Of a stretch of 20,000 nucleotides of DNA, positions 15,119 through 20,000 are shown piece by piece. This DNA is from an uncultured virus (IMG/VR IMGVR_UViG_3300020185_000031). Its lineage: Duplodnaviria > Heunggongvirae > Uroviricota > Caudoviricetes. Position 1 is the stretch's first letter. Every line of letters begins with the position of its first letter. The DNA is taken from positions 56,587 through 76,586 of the IMG/VR virus record IMGVR_UViG_3300020185_000031; one strand, given 5' to 3'. Below the pieces are notes generated by a model, which was given only the letters and a program-made list of their open reading frames with translations, was not told the origin of the DNA and did not search any database. A program made the position numbers and the translations under genes.

Positions 15119-16522
15119 ATGCTATTAGATATTGAACAAAAAGCCAACGAAGTCATTGTTTCATACTACAACAAAGAAGGCAAGGTAGCCTTTAAAAGGT
15201 ATCCAGTATCTCAATTTGAAAATTGGGTAGTTGCTGGTGAAGATGAAAAGTGGAAAGATCAAACATATACAAATTGGGATGGACGTCCTCTTAAAAGACA
15301 GCGCTCTAGAAACTTTAATAAGTTTTCTCTAGTCTATTTTATGGATTCTCTTCCTGAGAATGATCGGAAAGAAATATTCGAGTTTAATATGCCAAGAACA
15401 TATTTTGTCGATATTGAAACCGAAATAGTAGATGGTTTTCCAAAAGCGGAAGAGGCTAGAACTAGAATATTAGCGTTCTCCATTATTACACCTGAACGCA
15501 AGGCTATCGTCTTAGGTCTTGATGATTTATCTAGCGAACAAATCAAGAAGATTGAGGATGACACACTAAAGCACTTTAGGAAATACGATCAAGATTGGGA
15601 GTTTAGCTACTATAAATTTAAGGATGAATACAACATGTTATATACGTTCTTGCATAAATTCCTACCTAAATTCCCAATGATGACAGGATGGAATTTTATA
15701 AACTATGACTGGCAGTATATTGTAAATCGTTGTAAAAGACTCCAGATAGATCTAACTGAAATTGCAGTAACAGGAGCTCTTGATAGTAACGATAGTAGAC
15801 CTTTACATATGGGTATTTTAGATTATATGCAATTATATGACAAATATGACAGATCGGTAAAGGTAAAAGAATCAAATCGCCTTGATTTTGTTGCTGGCCA
15901 AGTTCTTGATGTTGCTAAAATAAAGCACACGGGCTCTCTACAAGATCTTTATGAAAATGATTTTCAAAAGTATGTGTTTTATAATGTAGTAGATTCTATT
16001 TTAGTATATTATATTGACGAAAAATTAAAATCAATGGAAGTTTTACTTACTCTTGCAACGATTACACAAATGCCTTTATACAAAGCAGCAAGCCCCGTTG
16101 CAGTAACCGAAGCATTAATGGCTCGTAAGATGGCTGAGCAAAATCACAAGATTGGGGTTGATTATAATCAGAAAGATAATCAAAAAGATGGCAAATACGC
16201 AGGTGCATTTGTAAAACAACCAATAGTTGGATATTATTCTGGAGTAAGCGCATTTGATTTTGCTTCACTATATCCTTCAGTAATGAGACAGTTTAATATA
16301 TCACCAGAAGCATATGTAGATATAATACCTAAGACTCAAATAGAGCAACGCAGGAAGAATACAGAAGAAATAGTTTGTGAGAATGGTGTTGTATATAAGA
16401 AAGAAGATTCAGTTCTTAAAAACATACTAGGAGACTTGTATGAGCAACGAAAAGATTATAAGAAATTATCGTACCAGTATTACGAAAAGGCTCACGAACT
16501 CAAAAAAAGATTTGAAAAATAA
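15119..16522 (+). CDS. gp43: Family B DNA polymerase, N-terminal subunit only (exonuclease + palm motif A; gp43A-like split polymerase)
   Basis: ExoI DIETE, ExoII GWNFINYDWQY, ExoIII YNVVDS, YAGAFVKQP and FDFASLYPSVMRQFNISPE. Ends after EQRKDYKK, without KxxxNSxYG or YGDTDS. Confidence 0.9.
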   Translation: MLLDIEQKANEVIVSYYNKEGKVAFKRYPVSQFENWVVAGEDEKWKDQTYTNWDGRPLKRQRSRNFNKFSLVYFMDSLPENDRKEIFEFNMPRTYFVDIETEIVDGFPKAEEARTRILAFSIITPERKAIVLGLDDLSSEQIKKIEDDTLKHFRKYDQDWEFSYYKFKDEYNMLYTFLHKFLPKFPMMTGWNFINYDWQYIVNRCKRLQIDLTEIAVTGALDSNDSRPLHMGILDYMQLYDKYDRSVKVKESNRLDFVAGQVLDVAKIKHTGSLQDLYENDFQKYVFYNVVDSILVYYIDEKLKSMEVLLTLATITQMPLYKAASPVAVTEALMARKMAEQNHKIGVDYNQKDNQKDGKYAGAFVKQPIVGYYSGVSAFDFASLYPSVMRQFNISPEAYVDIIPKTQIEQRRKNTEEIVCENGVVYKKEDSVLKNILGDLYEQRKDYKKLSYQYYEKAHELKKRFEK

Positions 16523-16555
16523 TTTTATAGATATAAGCCATGATACCATCTATAT

Positions 16556-16568
16556 GATATATAGATTA
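16556..16568 (+). promoter_or_regulatory. GATATATAGATTA putative promoter upstream of nrdB
   Basis: The same 13-mer occurs at 19545-19557. Overlaps the inverted repeat ATCTATAT-gat-ATATAGAT (16548-16566). Confidence 0.5.
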
Positions 16569-16596
16569 ACTAAATAAAACACAGCTACGATAAGAT

Positions 16597-17577
16597 ATGA
16601 ATAAAAACATTTTTCAACCGAGAACAAATATATTACCATATGAATACCCACAATTGTTAGCGTATAAAGACGCAATTAGACACTCATATTGGATTCATAC
16701 CGAATTTAACTTCACTACAGATATTGACGATTTTAAAACTAAGGTTTCTGATTCTGAAAGAGAAGTTATTAAGAGAGCAATGCTTGCGATCGCACAAATT
16801 GAAGTTAATGTTAAAACTTTTTGGGCAGATCTTTATAAAAGAATGCCTATTACAGAAGTTGGTGATGTTGGAATGACTTTTGCAGAATCTGAAGTAAGAC
16901 ATAAAGATGCTTACGCACAATTACTTAGAGTCCTTGGATTAGAAGATGATTTTAAAAGTGTAGTTGAAATTCCTGCAATTAAAGACAGAATTTCATACTT
17001 AAAGAAATACTTAGACGGTACAAGAAGTAGAGATGATAAAATGTATACTAAATCAGTATTACTGTTCTCATTATTTATAGAACATGTAAGTCTGTTTAGT
17101 CAGTTCTTAATTATGATGTCGTTTAACAAAGAGAAGAACTTATTTAAAGGAATCTCAAATGTAGTTGAAGCAACATCAAAAGAAGAAGAAATTCACGGAA
17201 ACTTTGGATCAGAACTTATTAATATTATTAAAGAAGAAAATCCAGAATGGTTCGATGAGGAGTTTGAACAACTAATAGATTCAGCATGCAAGAAGGCTTA
17301 TGTTGCTGAATGTAAAATATTAGATTGGATCTTTGAGCAAGGTGAACTTTCATTTTTGTCAAAAGAAACTATACAGAACTTTATTAAAAACAGATTCAAT
17401 AACTCATTAACTCGCATCGGTATGAAACCTGTATTTGATGTTGATTTTACTGAAATTGAAAAGACATTATGGTTTGATGTAGAAATTACAGCAACTAAAG
17501 AAGGAGATTTCTTCTACAAGAAAAGTACCGATTATAATAAGAAAAGCAAATCAATTACTGAAGATGATTTGTTTTAA
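16597..17577 (+). CDS. nrdB: Class I ribonucleotide reductase beta subunit (class Id-like)
   Basis: PYEYP, W..TEFNF, QIEVNVK, ESEVRHKDAY, FIEHVSLFSQF, EEEIH, DFFYKKSTDY. Confidence 0.95.
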   Translation: MNKNIFQPRTNILPYEYPQLLAYKDAIRHSYWIHTEFNFTTDIDDFKTKVSDSEREVIKRAMLAIAQIEVNVKTFWADLYKRMPITEVGDVGMTFAESEVRHKDAYAQLLRVLGLEDDFKSVVEIPAIKDRISYLKKYLDGTRSRDDKMYTKSVLLFSLFIEHVSLFSQFLIMMSFNKEKNLFKGISNVVEATSKEEEIHGNFGSELINIIKEENPEWFDEEFEQLIDSACKKAYVAECKILDWIFEQGELSFLSKETIQNFIKNRFNNSLTRIGMKPVFDVDFTEIEKTLWFDVEITATKEGDFFYKKSTDYNKKSKSITEDDLF

Positions 17578-17580
17578 ATT

Positions 17581-17799
17581 ATGAAAACAATTATTCACGT
17601 TAACCAACACGTAATAAAATCTAATAGAAAGAACAATGTTAAAGATCCTGTATTAACTTGTAAAACATACAAGGATAATACATATGCACATGAAGTAAAA
17701 ATATTAGGTCCTAGCAAAGTAGTGTATAGCCCTGATAAACCCCTAAGTTGTGGAGCACATGTATGGATTGAAACAGAAGGGGGAAATAACAATAATTAA
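17581..17799 (+). CDS. Small phage hypothetical protein (IHVNQH...YSPDKPLSCGA.VWIET)
   Basis: Clean 72-aa ORF exactly filling the nrdB-nrdA gap. Confidence 0.75.
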   Translation: MKTIIHVNQHVIKSNRKNNVKDPVLTCKTYKDNTYAHEVKILGPSKVVYSPDKPLSCGAHVWIETEGGNNNN

Positions 17800-17811
17800 A
17801 TAAAATTACAC

Positions 17812-19437
17812 ATGAAATACGAAAAAAATTACTGGTTAAACGAGGATAGCAGGACGTTTCTATCTAGAGGTTACATTTCGGAAACACCGGAACAGAGGAT
17901 TAAGGACATTGCAAACACGGCAGAAAGATATTTAAAGATAGAAGGATTTGCGCATAAGTTTGAGGATTATATGACCAGGGGTTTTTATAGTTTATCAACT
18001 CCAGTTTGGATTAACTTTGGAAAAGATAAAGGACTTCCAATCAGTTGTTATGGATCAAACGTAGATGACACATTAGATAGTATCTTAAACGGTTCAAGAG
18101 AGATTGGAATGATGTCAAAATATGGAGGCGGAACTTCAGTTTATTTAGGAAACATTAGAGAGCGAGGTGCAAGTATTTCTACAGGAGGGACAGCAGACGG
18201 ACCAGTACACTATGCTAGAATGTATGATACTACTGTCGATGTATGTAAACAATCCGAAGCAAGAAGAGGTGCATGCGCAGCTTGGCTGCCAATAGAACAT
18301 AATGACATTTTAGAATTTTTAGATATTGGAACTGAAGGAAACCCTATTCAAAATCTACAATATGGAGTTACGGTAACTGACAAATGGATTCAAGAAATGA
18401 AAGATGGTGATGCAGATAAACGTAAAGTATGGGCTAAAGTTATTCAAAAGCGCAATGAGTTTGGTTTTCCATATATCATGTTTAAAGACAACTCTAATAA
18501 TAATTCTCCCTATAAAGAATTAGGACTTGAAATTACAGCTTCAAATTTATGTTCTGAAATTCAATTACCAACAGATTCATTTAATTCTTTTGTTTGTTGT
18601 TTAGGTTCATTAAATCTTTTACACTGGGATGAAATTAAAGAAACTGATGCAATTGAGACATACGTACTGTTCTTAAACGCAGTAATGGATGAATTTGTTA
18701 AGAAATCATATAACTTACCAGGAATGGCAAGAGCTCATAGATTTGCAAAAGAGCACAGAGCTATCGGATTAGGAGTACTTGGATATCATTCACTATTTCA
18801 ATCAAAACTTATTGAATTTAATTCATTAGCAGCAAAGGCAATTAACCATGATATATTTTCAACGCTAAAAGAGAGAAGCGATAAGGCTTCAAGATGGCTA
18901 CATGATGAGAAAGATATTAAATCAATTAGACCAGGATATGCAAACTCAACTTTGCTTGCAATCGCACCGACAAAAAGTAGTTCATTTATTCTAGGTCAAG
19001 TAAGCATGGGAATAGAACCAATTAAATCTAATTATTTCGTAAAAGATTTAGCAAAATCCAAGACAATATACAAAAATAATCACTTAATAACTGAATTAGA
19101 GAAATACGGATTAAACACTCCACAGGTATGGGAGGACATCTTAAAGAAAGATGGAAGTGTACAACACTTAGACTTTCCAACAAAGGCAGTATTTAAATCA
19201 TTTATTGAAATTAGCCCAAAGGAATTAATTCTACAGGCAGCACAGAGACAAAAATTTATTGACCAATCACAGTCTTTAAATTTAATGATTCACCCAAGTG
19301 TAGCAGCAAAGGATATTAATCAATTGTATTTATATGCACACGAAGAGGGAGTAAAGACGCTATATTATCAATTTAGTCAAAGTTCAGCACAGTCATTTGC
19401 AAGAGACATTCTTGATTGTGATAGCTGCGGAGCTTAA
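17812..19437 (+). CDS. nrdA: Class I ribonucleotide reductase alpha subunit, short form without ATP-cone
   Basis: PISC, GGGTS, RRGACA, SNLCSEI (thiyl Cys), CCLGSLN, IAPTKSSS, IDQSQSLN, KTLYY, C-terminal CDSC. Confidence 0.96.
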   Translation: MKYEKNYWLNEDSRTFLSRGYISETPEQRIKDIANTAERYLKIEGFAHKFEDYMTRGFYSLSTPVWINFGKDKGLPISCYGSNVDDTLDSILNGSREIGMMSKYGGGTSVYLGNIRERGASISTGGTADGPVHYARMYDTTVDVCKQSEARRGACAAWLPIEHNDILEFLDIGTEGNPIQNLQYGVTVTDKWIQEMKDGDADKRKVWAKVIQKRNEFGFPYIMFKDNSNNNSPYKELGLEITASNLCSEIQLPTDSFNSFVCCLGSLNLLHWDEIKETDAIETYVLFLNAVMDEFVKKSYNLPGMARAHRFAKEHRAIGLGVLGYHSLFQSKLIEFNSLAAKAINHDIFSTLKERSDKASRWLHDEKDIKSIRPGYANSTLLAIAPTKSSSFILGQVSMGIEPIKSNYFVKDLAKSKTIYKNNHLITELEKYGLNTPQVWEDILKKDGSVQHLDFPTKAVFKSFIEISPKELILQAAQRQKFIDQSQSLNLMIHPSVAAKDINQLYLYAHEEGVKTLYYQFSQSSAQSFARDILDCDSCGA

Positions 19438-19444
19438 AGAAACG

Positions 19445-19528
19445 CCGATCTGAAATACGATCGGATTTTAGGACCGTAATAGTTACGGCTTGGGCAGAGA
19501 AAAGTTCGCTACTATCTCTGCCCTTTTT
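19445..19528 (+). ncRNA. Three-hairpin structured RNA element in nrdA 3' region (unassigned)
   Basis: CCGATC/GATCGG (19445-19464), CCGTAA/TTACGG (19474-19488) and GGGCAGAGA/TCTCTGCCC (19492-19523). Confidence 0.45.
19492..19528 (+). terminator. Rho-independent terminator after nrdA
   Basis: 9-bp GC-rich stem followed by TTTTT. Confidence 0.85.
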
Positions 19529-19544
19529 ATTTGTAAAAATAAAA

Positions 19545-19557
19545 GATATATAGATTA
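19545..19557 (+). promoter_or_regulatory. GATATATA(GATTA) putative late promoter
   Basis: Sits between the nrdA terminator and the next gene, where a new promoter is needed. Confidence 0.6.
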
Positions 19558-19578
19558 TAAAAAATGAAAATAAACATT

Positions 19579-19839
19579 ATGAAACACATTAAATTATTCG
19601 AACAGTTTATCACAGAAGGTAGAAAATCATGGGATGATATAGATCCTTATAATATTGGAGATGAATTTAAGTCTCAATTTCCAAAAAACAGAGATTGGGA
19701 AGACGAAGGATTTGAGTCATTAGAATACTGGATGCAAGAAGAATGGGGACCAAATGCGGGTGTAGAAAAAAACAAAGGATTTGATGATGCACTTGACGTA
19801 GTACAATCGTACTTATCAGACGCCGGTTATTCAGTTTAA
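19579..19839 (+). CDS. Small acidic protein with capsid-targeting-like leader
   Basis: MKHIKLFEQFITE|G leader (alternative start at 19564). The remainder is acidic and Trp-rich. Confidence 0.75.
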   Translation: MKHIKLFEQFITEGRKSWDDIDPYNIGDEFKSQFPKNRDWEDEGFESLEYWMQEEWGPNAGVEKNKGFDDALDVVQSYLSDAGYSV

Positions 19840-19889
19840 TAAAACAAAATATAAAATGAAACACATTAAATTATTTGAACAGTTTATCA
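19579..19889 (+). repeat. 34-nt direct repeat encoding the shared leader MKHIKLFEQFI
   Basis: ATGAAACACATTAAATTATT(C/T)GAACAGTTTATCA at 19579-19612 and 19856-19889, with one mismatch. Confidence 0.92.
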
Positions 19890-20000
19890 ATGAATCTCAA
19901 TTCGCTGATGATAGTACTTCTAATCAAGATGCTAAGTTAAGGCTAAAAGAACGTACAGAACTAACAAAAAAATTAATTAAGGCAACCGGGATTACAACAT
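19856..20000 (+). CDS. 3'-truncated protein with capsid-targeting-like leader
   Basis: MKHIKLFEQFINE|SQFADDSTSNQDAKLRLKERTELTKKLIKATGITT..., open to the window end; not in the ORF track. Confidence 0.8.
   Translation, partial: MKHIKLFEQFINESQFADDSTSNQDAKLRLKERTELTKKLIKATGITT

Noticed and set aside
16440..16596. Intron, intein or frameshift rescuing the polymerase
   Set aside because: No intein N-terminal block, no group I/II structure, and only 74 nt before nrdB.
19496..19528. preQ1-I riboswitch resemblance (AGAG..GUUC.GCUAC..CUCU)
   Set aside because: Lacks the required 3' A-rich tail and is followed by a U-run, so it is better explained as a terminator hairpin.
1781..19864. Minus-strand ORFs in the track (1781-2113, 3922-4149, 5782-6135, 7704-7961, 9486-9737, 9936-10121, 11222-11680, 12886-13527, 13882-14259, 15334-15564, 16062-16268, 16684-16920, 17595-17792, 19667-19864)
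   Set aside because: All lie antisense to well-supported + strand genes, mostly with Ser/Phe/Leu-rich shadow composition and no recognisable motifs.
1..20000. Stop-codon reassignment (as in some Bacteroidota phages)
   Set aside because: Conserved genes are full length in code 11, and TAG ends ruvC and uvsY at plausible positions.

Overview
AT-rich, densely coding segment of a large T4-like (myovirus-type) phage genome. All credible genes are on the + strand in the standard code. Order: end of a probable structural gene, gp3-like tail terminator, small glycine-zipper protein, RuvC-like resolvase, a ~390-bp regulatory intergenic region, the replication/recombination block (gp32 SSB, gp61 primase, UvsY, UvsW), a ~7.5-kb accessory block, the N-terminal half only of a family-B DNA polymerase, a class Id-type ribonucleotide reductase (nrdB, nrdA; suggests a Bacteroidota/Flavobacteriia host), a three-hairpin RNA element and two small paralogous-leader genes. 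The main signal is that nearly every accessory protein carries a T4 internal-protein-like capsid-targeting leader (M-K-x-(I/F)-K-x-F-E/K-Q/E-F-I-x-E) and repeated (I/L/V/T)-x-E prohead-protease-like sites. One ORF is built from ~81-90 aa modules separated by a ~20-nt DNA repeat encoding ESVVTE. This suggests a modular, virion-packaged, protease-released payload system that includes an RNA-ligase-fold pair and a HIGH-family nucleotidyltransferase. Two recurring promoter-like motifs (GAAACA-N15-ATATAA and GATATATA) were also found. All assignments are by-eye motif recognition; no searches were run.
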